A DNA stretch of 64,000 nucleotides from Octopus sinensis (Eukaryota), in contig NC_042997.1 of the NCBI RefSeq assembly GCF_006345805.1, positions 73,780,001-73,844,000 of the forward strand. Direction: 5' to 3'. This document shows positions 38,500-51,305 of this stretch, in pieces (the stretch's first letter is position 1; every line of letters starts with the position of its first letter). Made by a program: the position numbers and the translations under genes. The notes under the pieces are model-generated. The model was not told the origin of the DNA. It saw only the letters and a list, made by a program, of their open reading frames with translations, and ran no database searches.

Positions 38500-39110
38500 A
38501 TAATACATTATAGCAATGAAACAAAACTCTGTTCACATGCCAATAATTTAATAACAACATTTCTAGCTTTTGTATATATATATATATGTATATATACAAA
38601 AGCTAGAAATGTTGTTATTAAATTATTGGCATGTGAACAGAGTTTTGTTTCATTGCTATAATGTATTATAGAATAAAGATATATATATAGGTTTGATAAA
38701 CAACACTGTTATATGATGAATATAAATATGAATATAAACAGCTGTATTCTTATTAGCATTGTCATCAGCAATAGCCAACACAGTATGTGACAAGTGTAAA
38801 CATTTTGTCTGTACGAAACACACGTGGGTATAAATGTTGTGATAAAACATGATTCTTTGCTAATGCGCTGAATATAGGTTACATTGCCCCTGAGGGGGGA
38901 AATTCTAAAGCTGGGTTGTTCGTTAGTGGCGCAAATGTCGATGCGTTCACTTAATGCTATTTTTCTGTATTCCCGTATTTTCATCTGGGCTCTATGTATG
39001 GTCATCCTCTGGCGTAGACTGTTTTTAGTTTGACCAATGTATTGCTTTCGACACCCTGAGCAAGTTAACACATATATCAGATTTTCCGAAGTAATATCAC
39101 GATTATTAAC
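38499..39110 (-). mobile_element. Penelope-like 3' fragment (GIY-YIG) with an inverted terminal repeat
   Basis: LTCSGCRKQYIGQTKNSLRQRMTIHR; ~80-bp-arm hairpin at 38499-38670. Confidence 0.85.
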
Positions 39111-39304
39111 AATAAGATATGATATGGGTTGGCAAAATCGTTAACGCATCATACAGGATGCTTAGTAGCATATCTTCCAGCTTTTTCATGTCTTGAGTTC
39201 GCGACGGAAACTTTTATCTCCGGCTTAGTTGCTGTATTACTTCAGATATCATCTGAAGTCCAAGATAGGGCTGGAGAGGAGACACCTGTCACGTAGAGTA
39301 TTCG

Positions 39305-41010
39305 GGAAAAGATGAAAGGATGTAGCAAGGAAGTTGGGCGTGATTGACCCTACTTAATCTCTGTTGTCATTCCAAAATGTTGGCATAGTTTCCAGCGTAT
39401 ATAGGTCCCAACTCTATCATGTTTGTTGATATATTCTTTCTTAGCCAGGACAACATGATTTATTGTTTCTTCCTCATCACTATATATTCTGCAGTTACTT
39501 ATTGTATTTTTTATTGCGTATTTCTGGAAACTAGCGGGGAGGCTTTGATCTTGTACCGCAATTAAAAATCCTTCAGTCTCTGTTTTGAGTCCTGAGCTTC
39601 TCAACCATTGTTAGGATTTTACTTCGACTATTTCTTTTCTGTTTAGCTTATCCCAGTATTTGCCATGTTAGGGCTTTTTTGCCATCGTTTTATCATGCCA
39701 TTTGGTTGTTCCAGTTTTATCTTAGATTTCAGCTGTCCTACAGCTTTTGTTTTGCACAGCTTCTAACGCTGGAGACGTACTACATTGTCAGCTGTTCATT
39801 ACCAGTGAACTAAGGTAACACCTCTTATTTTTCGAGCACCTTCCAGAGTATTCGAGCGGTTCCAAGCAGGAGTGTTTTCTGCAAGTGCTCCACCCTTATT
39901 GCAGCCCCTATTTGTTTCACGAACTTCTCGAGATATTTGCTCACTATTCCCAGGGCTGTGATAATTATTGCTACTACTGCTACCTTTTTCATCGATCACA
40001 ACTGCTTAACTTTCCAAGCTGACATATCATATCTGTGAACTTTTATTTCTTCCTTATCGCACGCCTTGTTGTCACCTGGGCATGCTATATCTATGATCCA
40101 GCATAGTTTGTTTTCTTTCTCAATTAAGACTATGTCCGGATTCCAATTCTCTATCTCATGGTCGCACTGAATCATAAAATCCCATAGGATTTTTGCATTT
40201 CTATTTTCGACGATACCTTCAGGTTTGTGGTCGTACCAATTGTTGCAGAGTGTCCAATGGACAAGCCTGGCTATATTGCCGTGGCATCTCTTATATTTCT
40301 TCTGGGCTAGTGGCGTACATTGGCTGATAATATTCCATACGGTTTCACCGTTTTGTCCTCAGATTCTCCACTTATCACTTTCTGCTTGTTGTCTATTCTG
40401 TATTTTATGTAGTTTGTTCTTAGTGCTTGCTCTTAGACAGCACACATTTAATGTCGACTTAAGGATCAGTCTCAGTCTGCGCAAGTACTCCACCTTAAAG
40501 TTTTTTTTCATTTCTTTCTCCATCAATTTATCCATTTCCAAAATCCCCATGTACTTATAGCCCGTCTCTCCTATCTGCTTCATAACCTCCCCCGCAGGTA
40601 TCGATAGTATGCCCATACATTTGATTTTGCCTCTCTTCAAGACTAACACACCACACTTTCTCAGTCCGAACTCCATTTTGATATCAGCACTGAAAGTATA
40701 CACCGTATCAACGAGGGAGCTGACTAGGGATTCATCTTTACCATAAAGTTTGAGGTCATCAAATGGTTGACGTTTTGCTGGCGGCTTTTGAATACATACC
40801 CAGCTTTTGCTTTCCTCAGAATCAGTGTTAGTGGTATCAAGTAGAGTGCAATGATCAATGGGGACAGACAATCACCTTGGAAGATGCCCCTCCTAATTTC
40901 TACTGTCCCTAAACTTCTTCCGTATGCTGTCAGGTCCGTCCTCCAATTCGCCACACATTTTCCAAGCAGTCGCTCAATATTCGATGCAATACGAAATAGG
41001 TTCATACACT
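39305..41010 (-). mobile_element. Nested R4/Dong-like fragments (RT, CCHC region, RLE)
   Basis: RGIFQGDCLSPL, DDLKLYGK, MEFGLRKC, SGLKTETEGFLIAVQDQ, WIIDIACPGD. Confidence 0.88.
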
Positions 41011-41024
41011 CCATAATCCAATTA

Positions 41025-41079
<55 letters not shown>

Positions 41080-41090
41080 CATCATCATCA

Positions 41091-41144
<54 letters not shown>

Positions 41145-41175
41145 TATTATTTTTATCATCATCATCATCATCATT
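41025..41175 (+). repeat. (ATT)n/(ATC)n microsatellite at the 3' end of a Dong-like element
   Basis: Direct reading. Confidence 0.95.
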
Positions 41176-41179
41176 ATAC

Positions 41180-43960
41180 ACTCAACAGATTAGACTTTTG
41201 GAAAAGAATCCTAACATCAGACTACCACAAGTAGCCTTAGCTTCCAAGAACTCCGCTAAGTATCCTAACTGTCTCTAATAACACTGTTTCCTGAAGCTGT
41301 GCTAGACTGGGCTTCATGCCTACTTCCTCTATCCATCTGTTCAGATCTTTGGGGATTGTTCCCAATGCACCTCTAATTATTGGGACACATTTTATCCACA
41401 CTTTCCATAGTTTCTGTAAATCAATAGCTAGGTCCTGGTACCTTGCTTTTCTTTCTATACTTCTCATATTAATTGCTTCATCATTTGGAACTGTGAAGTT
41501 AATTATCTCGCACTTTCTATTCTCTTTATCTAGTTTCTATTACTATGTGAGCCTAAAAGTTAAGGTCCCACAACAATATCTTGTATTTTTCACTTTCAAG
41601 TACTTCAAGTACTAGTTTAATGTTCATGCCATTTATCAGTATGTTCAAATCCTAGCTTTCTACAAAGCTCCCAGTGGATCGTTCTCCCTAGATTGTCATG
41701 TCTTTTCTTGTGTTCTTTCTGTGCCAGCATGCTACATTCACTTACTATATGAATAACGCTTTCCTATGTTGATTTGTATAATCTTCATTGGGAATCTACT
41801 TGGACTTTGTCCATTTTGGCTTTTATCCAATTAGGTGTTAATGCTTGATCTTGTGCAGCTACTAACATACTTTCTGTCTCCCTCTTCAGCTTTCCTTTCT
41901 GTAGCCATAACAATGTCTCACTACTACTACTACTATTTGCCGAAACTATCATGGGAATCTACCATGCAACGCCTTCTCCTCCCAGTCAGATAATTTCTGT
42001 TCTTTTTTTCTGGTTTTTAAGTTCGTCTGGTGTTTTGGTTTCCCTATGTCTTACTGTGACTCTAGCAGCTTTTAATGAACATTCTTCACTATTATCTGCA
42101 TAGAAGTCTATATCTACTCTAGCTAATTCCACACAGTCTTCCACTGATATTAACACTCATCCACCTTTCTTTCTAAGTAAGTATAATTTTGCTACTCCTG
42201 CCCTTGGGTGGAGTCCTTCATTCATACTGAATTCCTTCTTAGTTCTTCTGTCTAGTTTTGTTAAGTCAGTTCTTGTCTAATCTACAAAAGCTGCTGAGTA
42301 TCTAAGGAATGGACCATTTAGCTTTGATTCATTAGCTTCTCCACCCTTCTAATGTACTCCTCTATTTTAGTTTTCATTTCTGTAGTTAGTATTCTGTCAG
42401 ATTATAATAGTCATATATACTTATAACTCTCTTCTCCTTTCAATGATTTAAAGTCTGGCCATCTGATAATTGGATGCCTCCACAGTTGAATACCTGTCCT
42501 CCTTATCATGACTAATATTGCACACTTACCTATGCCAAATTCCCTACCTATATCTTTGCTGAAGAGTCTTACAATCTGTATTAAAAATCTATATCTTTTT
42601 AATTCTTACTAAAAAGCTTCAGATCATCCATGTAGACCAAATGGTTAATTTTTCCATTACTATTACTGAACCGATACCCTACCTTTGCCTTCCTTAGTAC
42701 TAAACCAAGGGGGATCAAACATAAGACAAATATTAAAGGGAACAAGTTACCCTGGAAAATTTCTCCCTAAGTGATTGTCACCTGAGTATAGATCTATTTT
42801 CCATTTCTTCATGCTAAAGCTAATTGATTTTCTTATATTGTCTGCTATTCTGAATATACTCAAACATCCACTTATCTATGAGTGAGAGATCGTATTATAG
42901 GCTTTCCTATAATCTATCCATGCTACTGTTAGATTTTTCTTTCTAGATTTTACTTTATTTAGAACTGTTTTGTCTATATATAATAGATGATACGTTCCTC
43001 TAGCCTTCTTCCTTTCTGTTCTGATAGTAACTTTTGGTTGTCAAGGTGTTCGTAAACGCTTTCTGAAAGCAATCATGTTAACAGCTTCCACACTAATGGT
43101 AAGCAAGTGATTGGTCTATGGTTGGTACTTATATTACCCTTGGTCTTATCCTTCATAATAAGTATTGTTCTCCCTCTAGTCATCAAATCAGGTATTATTC
43201 CTCCATTAAGGCTATATTGAAGTTGTTGCTTCGGCCTCCCATTTAACCTACTGAATTTGTTTAGCCAGTACCTTTGAATTAAATCTGGTCCTGGGCATTT
43301 TTCCTAGCACTTTACTCATTAATGCATTAGTTAATCTTAGATCTGACTGCTCCCACTCACTACTTCTCTCACTTTCTTTAATCATACTAAATATCTATTA
43401 TGATTGAGTCGTTTATCCCAAATATTACTCCAGAGCTTTCTAACTTCCTCTGCATTAGGTTGCTAATTTTCAGTGCTTCGTTCTCCACTATTTATTTGGT
43501 TATAAAACCTTCTCTTGTCTGTCTCAAATAATCTATTCTGTTCATACTGATCTTTTCTGATGTCTGGAGAGCTTGCCTGCTACTGCTATGATACGTTGTT
43601 TCAACTCTTCTATTGCTGTCCCAAATCCCTTCTCTTTGACTAAGCATCTTTCTTCGAGGCAAGATTAGCATCTTGTGTTTCCTAACTTGCTTGTTTTCTA
43701 GGATTCTAATCTATTCAGATCTTGTCTTAAAGTTTCCACTTTATTTTGTAGTTTCCTTTTCCACATTTGCTCTTTTTTAATCTTTCCCTGTGAGATAGCT
43801 AATCTTCTGCTGAGTACTACCCCTCCTGCATAGATCAATAAGGTAGTGTCTTCTATATTTTTAGTATCTATCTTACTGACAACAGAATCTACTTTCCATG
43901 TCATTTCTTGTAGCTTCCTTTTGTTGATGTCTTTTAAATATTCTTCATACGGAATAATTT
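41180..43960 (-). mobile_element. R4/Dong-like non-LTR element, largest copy in the window, decayed with deletions
   Basis: RLE end RYQDLAIDLQKLWKV..VPII.GALG..LQETVLLETVRIL; RT region 42500-43150; N-terminal WKRKLQNKVETLRQDL. Confidence 0.9.
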
Positions 43961-44094
43961 GCATACAAGGTGGTTAGGAAGGTGTGGAATAGAAGCAACT
44001 GCAATGAATAATAAAATTGTACTATATTTGTTCTTTGCCTTCTGATGTGTGTGTGTGTGCGTGTGTTTGTGTGTGTGGAGGGATGGTTGGATGA

Positions 44095-44102
44095 ATAGAT
44101 AG

Positions 44103-44197
<95 letters not shown>
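44095..44197 (+). repeat. (GATA)n microsatellite
   Basis: Direct reading. Confidence 0.95.
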
Positions 44198-44199
<2 letters not shown>

Positions 44200-44204
44200 A
44201 ATTA

Positions 44205-44490
44205 GTACAGCTTAGGTGGAATATCCTACCACACCCAAGGTATTCACCTGATCTTGTTGCACTTTCGGATTACGATATATTTCGATCCCCCACAAAACTC
44301 TGTTAATGGGAAGAACTTCAACCCTTTGGAAAACTGTAAAAATCACTTACATCAGTTCATGACCCCAAAAATGTCAAGTTCTGAAATGATGACATCATTA
44401 AACTGCCTCAAAGAGGGCAAAAGATAATTTAACAAAATGGAATGTATGTAATCTAAACATTGTTTTTGAATTTTACTTAACGTCCTGAAC
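44205..44490 (+). mobile_element. mariner transposase C-terminal fragment
   Basis: ILPHPRYSPDL..SDY.IFRS..NGKNF..KLPQR..II.QNG.Y. Confidence 0.8.
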
Positions 44491-44985
44491 CCTGCGCGCG
44501 CGTGTGTGTGTGTGTGTGTTGTTTGTGTATAAAGATAGCTTTTCTTATTGCATATAACATCTATTCAAGGATGTGATTTGCGAATACTAGCTACTATTAA
44601 GTAGGTTAAGTAGCAACAGAATTGCTGTATGAATTTACCAAACACTCGTTTGCAAGATAGTAAAGTGTGTTATGTTATAAGAGGCTATAGATGCACTACA
44701 TTTGTTCTATTAAATTATTATCTGTTCTATTATTTTCATTGATATACAAACTCAATAAAAATCTAAAACATGTAACAAAAATGTTTTAATAGCATAAAAG
44801 CAAAACAAACCTATTATTTTTTTTCTATTTTAAATTCGTTTTTCTATCGATTAGTTAGCGAATTTCGCTTGGTATTCTTCAGCAAAGTATTATCATTTTA
44901 TTGACTAAATATTTACAAAAAACATAACGCTGTTTGTTCATAGACGAAATATCTGTTGGTCGACCGTTTAGCTGATACTCTGGAG

Positions 44986-46420
44986 CAGTGGTTCTCAACC
45001 TTTTTACGGACATCGCCCCCTAAAAGCTGTTTTTGACGTAATCGCCAACCAAAAAAATGATAACAAATATTAAATATAATGTAGTTACGACTAATCGACA
45101 CTAAAAAAAATTTGTACATGCAAACGCAAAAGAAAAACGAATTAAAATAAAACTATTCTAAAAGGTCTAACTTGTGTAGAAATGGTCCAACAGTGTGAGC
45201 CCTGAGATTGATGATGTTCCTTTAAAAATTCAATTCAGGCTTAAAGCAACTCAAATTGATACGAATATCGCCACGTGAAATAATGTCAAATCTGTTTCTT
45301 TCCTTCCGCAAAATTTGATTGTCGAAATCCAGTTTCGACAAGATATGATGTCGGGAAATACAAAAGGATTTTCGATATTTGTGACCATAAATTTGGATAT
45401 AGTGATTTTACAGTGTCTGATTGCCAACATTCAGACAATCTTTCATTTTTGAACTTAATTTGAAATTCATCATTACATTTCATCTCAATGACTTCCTCCG
45501 GGATATTTTGGTGTGCACTGTGAGGATCGCAATAAATACCAATGTTATTTTCACATAAGTCGATTTCCACTAGTTCGGGCATATTATGAAACTGTCTTAG
45601 TTTTAAATTAACTTGAAAAAGATTCAATTTTTCAACAAAAGCTCTCATCTCTTGTTTGCAGTCTATCAGCGTTATCATTTTTCCCTGCAGTAGAAGAGAG
45701 ACCTTGTTCGGCTTATGGAAAAATCCAACTAAGAAAGCGTATGATCTTCTTTTGAGCTTGAATTTCGGCCTGAGTGTCCTTCTGTTCGTAAGGATACAAG
45801 TATTGTATTAAATAAGTTTACAAATCATTCCAAGCAGTTGCCTCTGGATAGCAAACGGTCATCAGTATGCAAAAGAAATCTTATATATTTTTCGTCAGCA
45901 TTGACACAAAATTTTTGAAAAAGACGGTCATATTTAATGTTGAATTAAATTTTGTCTATTGTTTTTATAACAATATTCAATAATTGGTTTAGAATAGGGC
46001 TTATATTTTTGGCTACGAGGTTATGTCTGTGTAGCACACAGTGTATAACTAGAATTTGGGATCACAATTTCTTTTTAAATAAGAGATAAATCCTTTGTGT
46101 CTCCCAACCATACACATTGCACCATCAGTAGCACATGAAACTAAATTTTCATAGTATGGAATTTCTTTTCCTTCAAAAAACGTTTTCACTGCAGAAAATA
46201 TAGAAGCGCTCGTTGTGTCAGTTTCCAACGGTTTTACAAACAAAAAACCTTCTTGTAATGCACAGTTTCTATCAAAGTATCATACATATCCCATTAAAAG
46301 TCTTACTGTCAATAATTATCCTTTCATCAATTTCAATAGAAAAATTCGTTGTTTTCAATCTTTGCATTCGTACGTCTTCGATATGATCTGATCTACGGAT
46401 AGAATTATTATTCAAAGGTA
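44986..46420 (-). mobile_element. hAT (Charlie/Buster-type) transposon, truncated pseudogene
   Basis: TIR CAGTGGTTCTCAACC at 44986 preceded by CTCTGGAG (nTCTRGAn target); SCATDGA..MVGRHKGF, HTxxRLLSRG, LLYFPTSYLVETGF (hAT C-terminal dimerisation region). Confidence 0.9.
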
Positions 46421-46509
46421 GACCTTTAATGATAGATGAAGGATTTATGATTTATAACTTCTGATATTACTACTTATACTTTTCACCAAATGTATGTGCA
46501 CTATGTATG

Positions 46510-46680
46510 TTCGATGGAGAAAACGCTTAGTGGCATTTCCTCCGGCTCTTTATGTTCTGAGTTCAAATTCCGCCTTTCCTACTTTCGGGATCGATAACAT
46601 AAGTACCAGTTGAGTACTAGGTTGATGTAATTGACTAACAGTTTCCTTTTAAAAAGTGATAGCCTTTTGCCAAAATTAGA
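46510..46680 (+). mobile_element. SINE fragment (second tRNA-derived family)
   Basis: GTTCTGAGTTCAAATTCCGCC..GATCGATAA..AAGTACCAGTTGAG. Confidence 0.7.
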
Positions 46681-47247
46681 ATAAAATTATTAAGATGTCA
46701 AAGAATATTTAGTAGATATTTCAAGGAGATAGAGCCTTTGTACAGGCGCCTTCTTCTAAGGTGGCTGAGTATAGTTATCTGATGTGGAGACCGGTTTCTG
46801 TGGATTATTGATATCACTTGTGAGTTTTGATGAATATGTGTATTTAATTTAATATTCAGTTTACCTATTTACTTATATACTATGTTATAGCAAGAAGGAA
46901 AAATAAGCATCTTTAAAGATGCTATATGTTTCATATTGATGAGATTGAAAGCAAAGCTAACTGCAGATAACGCTGAGCATCAAATCCCCCTCACAGACAA
47001 GGTTCTACAATTCAAACAATAAAATAAAATGAAATGAACTCTCATGTGTATAATCAATTTAACTGAAATGGTAAACTATGCTGTTAACATACTGTCTATA
47101 GCTTAATTTTGAATTCACGAACTGATCTGGAACTCCCGATTGCTTTAAAACATTTATTCAGATTACTATTGCTCAGTAGTAGCAGGAAATAACCTAAAAT
47201 TCTTATATTTTTTAATGTTTGATTCAAAGTTAAAATTTCCTTTTTAG

Positions 47248-47348
47248 GTCGTCAAAATGTTGCTGGTTGTCGTATGTCTTTTCGTTATTTGCTGGATGCC
47301 TCTGCAAACATACAACTTGTTATCTGAAATATGGAGACCAATTAACGA
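47248..47348 (+). CDS. Internal exon of a class A neuropeptide GPCR (TM6-ECL3), most like leucokinin/lymnokinin receptors
   Basis: Acceptor tttccttttTAG (AG 47246-47247), donor GTAAGT at 47349; 101 nt, phase 0 to phase 2. Translation VVKMLLVVVCLFVICWMPLQTYNLLSEIWRPIN+GA has the CWxP motif of TM6, and the WxPLQxYNLL...PxIN stretch matches leucokinin-type receptors as recalled. Other exons were not found in the window. Confidence 0.85.
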
Positions 47349-48039
47349 GTAAGTAATATTTTAATTGTAAGAAATTTTGTTTTGCGTTGTATACCAAGCG
47401 TTAAGATTTAAATCGATGAGCAAGGTTCAAATCCCAATAGATGCAATGTTTCACTTAACGCTACACTCTTCAAATAGAACTACCGTTGTCTTTTGTTGAA
47501 ATATATATCAGCATATAATTAGATACTCATTATCTTAAAATACGCTTGTAGGTGAGCAAGTTCGCTGTCTTAGTCCGAGGTACGGGAGTCGATCCCACTA
47601 CAACAATCCCGCTGTTTGTATATGAATAGAAAAAATGCTCCTAGTGTCGAAATAAATCCTTTGCGATATTTTTTGAGTTATTTCCATTCCGAGTTCATAT
47701 CTTGATATGACTTTGCCTTTCATCCTTCAACAATCGATAAAATAAAGTACCAGCCAAGTAATAGAGGTCAATGTAATCGACAAAACGCTGTATTTCAGGC
47801 CTTGTTCATAAATCAGAAATCACTATTTTAAATAAGTTTATTTAAGGAACTGATTGAGAGAGAGTTTTGGCTACCATTTTCAACAGATTGAGCTGAATTT
47901 CACTACCAAATTCTCATAAGTACAATGGTAAGAGTATTTGGTGCTAAGAAAAATGGCATAGACACAAGACAACTTTCTAATTCTTTCTAATTTTTGCACA
48001 AAACAGAAATTTTAGTGGCAATGAAGTTGTCGATTATAT

Positions 48040-48215
48040 AGACACGAATGCTCAACTGGAACTGAATTTATCGACCCCCAAAAGCATGAGGTTTGACCTC
48101 GGCGGAATTTGAACTCAGAACGTGAGGAGGCAGAGGAAATGCCGTCCAGCATTTTCTCCGACGTGCTAACAATTCTGATTTCTTTAATTAGGTACAAGGC
48201 CTCAATAGAGAAAGG
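48040..48215 (-). mobile_element. SINE (second family)
   Basis: Same core as the 50012-51502 copies. Confidence 0.75.
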
Positions 48216-49204
48216 GCAAAACAAAAACAGACAAAACAATACATTGGGGTACATAGAACACATATTGGATGAATTATGATATAAGAAAAAGGAGAATGAA
48301 ATGGCTTACCTACCCCCCAAAGCAGGTAGTTCCATTTTACTGTTTATGTATCACATATTAACATTACAGTTGATTATTCTTATTTTCATCGTTTTTTTTG
48401 TTTTAAAAGTTATTATTTTGAAATATTAAATATTTCACTTACTTTCATAGTAAATATTGCATTATAGTTTCAAATGTCACCACTGGTATCATCTCGTCGT
48501 ATCGAACGTGTAATGGCGATATTTCAATTTTTTCACTAAACAGTTCCTTTAACTTTTCACATCTGTCTCTCTCAAGCAAGACCGGCCTGTCGTCCTCGGT
48601 AGAGTCCCTCCCTGATACCTTGACTCTAGTTACGTTTTTCATTTTTGTAATCTTTCTCTCGATCTCTACACTCATTTTATAGTTTATCATCGTTCGAATG
48701 TGTTTTCCTTTTGGTACCCACCCCCGTTTTCCGTTGTTATTCTCTCCTGATGTTCCTGGTATTAGTGTCTCGTCCTTCTCTGTATCTCTCTTTGTTGTTG
48801 CTATCTCTCTTCTTTTCCCTTCTGCGCACTTCTTTACTCCTCCGTAATTTTCAGTTTGGTATCTCTGATCTTTCGCATTTATTCTCCTCTATATTGTCTT
48901 TTCTCTTTTTCTGTGAACCTTTGGGTGGGGAATTAATGTTTCCTTCTCTTTTCTTCTTTCTTTTTCCAACTGTGTACTTTTCTCCTATATTTTCTTCATT
49001 GGATCTTCTCCCTTTTAACAGCAGATCGAGAAATTAATTTTTTGTAACTAAACACTTTCAAACTTCGGACACTAGTAGAATGTGTCATATAAAACATCTT
49101 TTCCTCTTAGTGTTGTTGAGAAGAGTTTATATTTTCAAAGTTATTTCGGGTTAAAGTTGTCGTATTTTTGGTAAATTCAACCAATCAATGACGTGTATTC
49201 AGCT

Positions 49205-49740
49205 GAATAAAATTACTGCAGTTGTTTGTCAACAACTATGGGCGGTGTATATTTCGTTTGTTACTGTCATTTATGCAATCGTTCTTGCGTTTAGCTTTAG
49301 GGTGTTAGGGTTAGAGCTTTAGGATTAGGGTTAGGGATTTAGGGTTAGAGTTACGGAAAAAGGGGAAAATGAAGAAATTTGAGGGGGTAAGGGGGTAAAA
49401 ATGTCAAAATTCCGGTTTTTGGCAATTCTCCGGACTCTCCGTATCCGAAAAGCTGGGTTTTTGGCAAAAAAAATTCTAAAATACAATAATTTGCGACAAA
49501 ATGGGGGTGGGGACGGGGGGAAGTCTTTCCAAAAATAGTAGCTGAAAAACAGGAAAAAGACCTAAAAGCAGTAGAAATGCACGAACGATTATGGTGGTGT
49601 CGAAGTAAACGTTCTTCAGATACACTCGTTTATTCATCCGAACGTAACTGAGATGAAATATGTCATAAATAACAGGGACAAACGAAATATACACCGCCGG
49701 AAGTTGTTGTTGAGAAACAACAGCAGTAAAATTTTATCTT
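49205..49740. mobile_element. MITE-like element with ~70-bp inverted repeats enclosing degenerate TTAGGG repeats
   Basis: 49209-49276 is the reverse complement of 49664-49735; TTAGGG/TTAGAG/TTAGGA units at 49294-49350. Confidence 0.75.
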
Positions 49741-50011
49741 GTAATTTAATTTCTGTAACCTGCAGTCCCTCCGCTGACAGGCTTTTGCCAGTCACCGCAG
49801 CGTAACTGCCCGTTTGCGCTGGTATGCTTTCCATATTATCCACTATTTCACCCATAAATGGAGAAGAAAATTTAAAAAACGGTAACAACAATCCAACAAT
49901 TCAATAAGAAACAGTTAAACAAAAACAGTTCTCACAAGGAGCGTATACACTTCCAAACAAAACGCCAACGACAGCGTGCTAACAATTCTGTCAGGTCGCC
50001 GTCTTAATAAT

Positions 50012-50209
50012 CCTTTCTACTATAAGCACTAGACCTGAACTTTGTGGGGAATAGGTTAGTCGATTATATTGACCTTGTGCTCGACTGGTACTTATTTTAT
50101 CAAAAGGCAAATCGACCTCGGTGGAATTAGAACTCAGAAAGTAAAGTACTGGTGAAATGCCACTAAGCTTTTCGTCCGGCCTGCTAATGATTCTGCCAAC
50201 TCGCCCCTC

Positions 50210-50264
<55 letters not shown>

Positions 50265-50493
50265 TAATAATAATAATCCTTCTGACTGTAGGCACAAGGC
50301 CTGGAATTTGGGTGAAGGAGTAAGTCGATTACATCAACCCCAGAGCTCAACTGGTACTTATTTTATCGGTCCCGAAAAGGTGAAAAGCAACGATGACCTT
50401 GGCGGCATTTGAACTCCGAACGTGAGGGCAGACGAAATACCGCTAAACATCATACCCTGCGTCCTAACGTATCTGCCAGCTCACTGCTTTAAC

Positions 50494-50553
<60 letters not shown>

Positions 50554-51274
50554 TGTTTTGTCTTGGTATAAAAGATGGGCTACAGCAAACATTCTGCTCA
50601 ATACCACAGATTTGCTTGTCAGTTGTTTGACCTTAACCAGTTGAGCATGTCCCTTAGTGGCTGACGATATGTGCATCTCTGATCACGAGCAGAAGTAGTG
50701 GGGGAGCATCATAGCCATGTGCTGAGAGGGATTCTTTGGGGTTTGAATAATTCACCTCTGGAAACATGGGTGGTTCTTTCAACATCCTTAAACAACCCTT
50801 ATTCAGGGACCTTTTGAGCGGGATGGGCTACTCCACCTGAAGAAATTTCTAACTGGGCTCCACCTGCAAGGTCATGTGCTGTTTATCTTGATATGAGATC
50901 ACCATGTCACGCACATATGGTTGTGATGCATGTGCCTGGTGTACCCTTATCAGACGGGTAGTCATGATGGGTATATTGGGCTTCGTATATTTTACCCCAG
51001 TGTCACTTTGATGGCATGAACTGCTCTCTCACTCAATAATAATAATAATTCTTTCTACTAGAGGCACAAGGCCTGAAATTTGGGAGGCGGGGACTAGTCG
51101 ATTACATCAACTCCAGTTTTTCATTGGTTCTAAATTTATCGACCTCGAAAGGATGAAAGGCAAAGTCGACTTCGGTGGAATTTGAACTCAGAACGTAGCG
51201 ACAGACGAAATACGACTAAGCATTTCGCCCATCCTGCTAACGAGTCTGCCAGCTCGCCGCCTTTATAATAATAA

Positions 51275-51305
<31 letters not shown>

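Noticed and set aside
38755-38826. CTGATGA (minus) and CGAAAC (plus) near a PLE terminus
   Set aside because: The two hammerhead core halves are on opposite strands and stem II is missing.
48445-49037. 81-aa and 108-aa ORFs in a purine-skewed tract, possibly LINE ORF1 remnants
   Set aside because: No motif recognised; low complexity.
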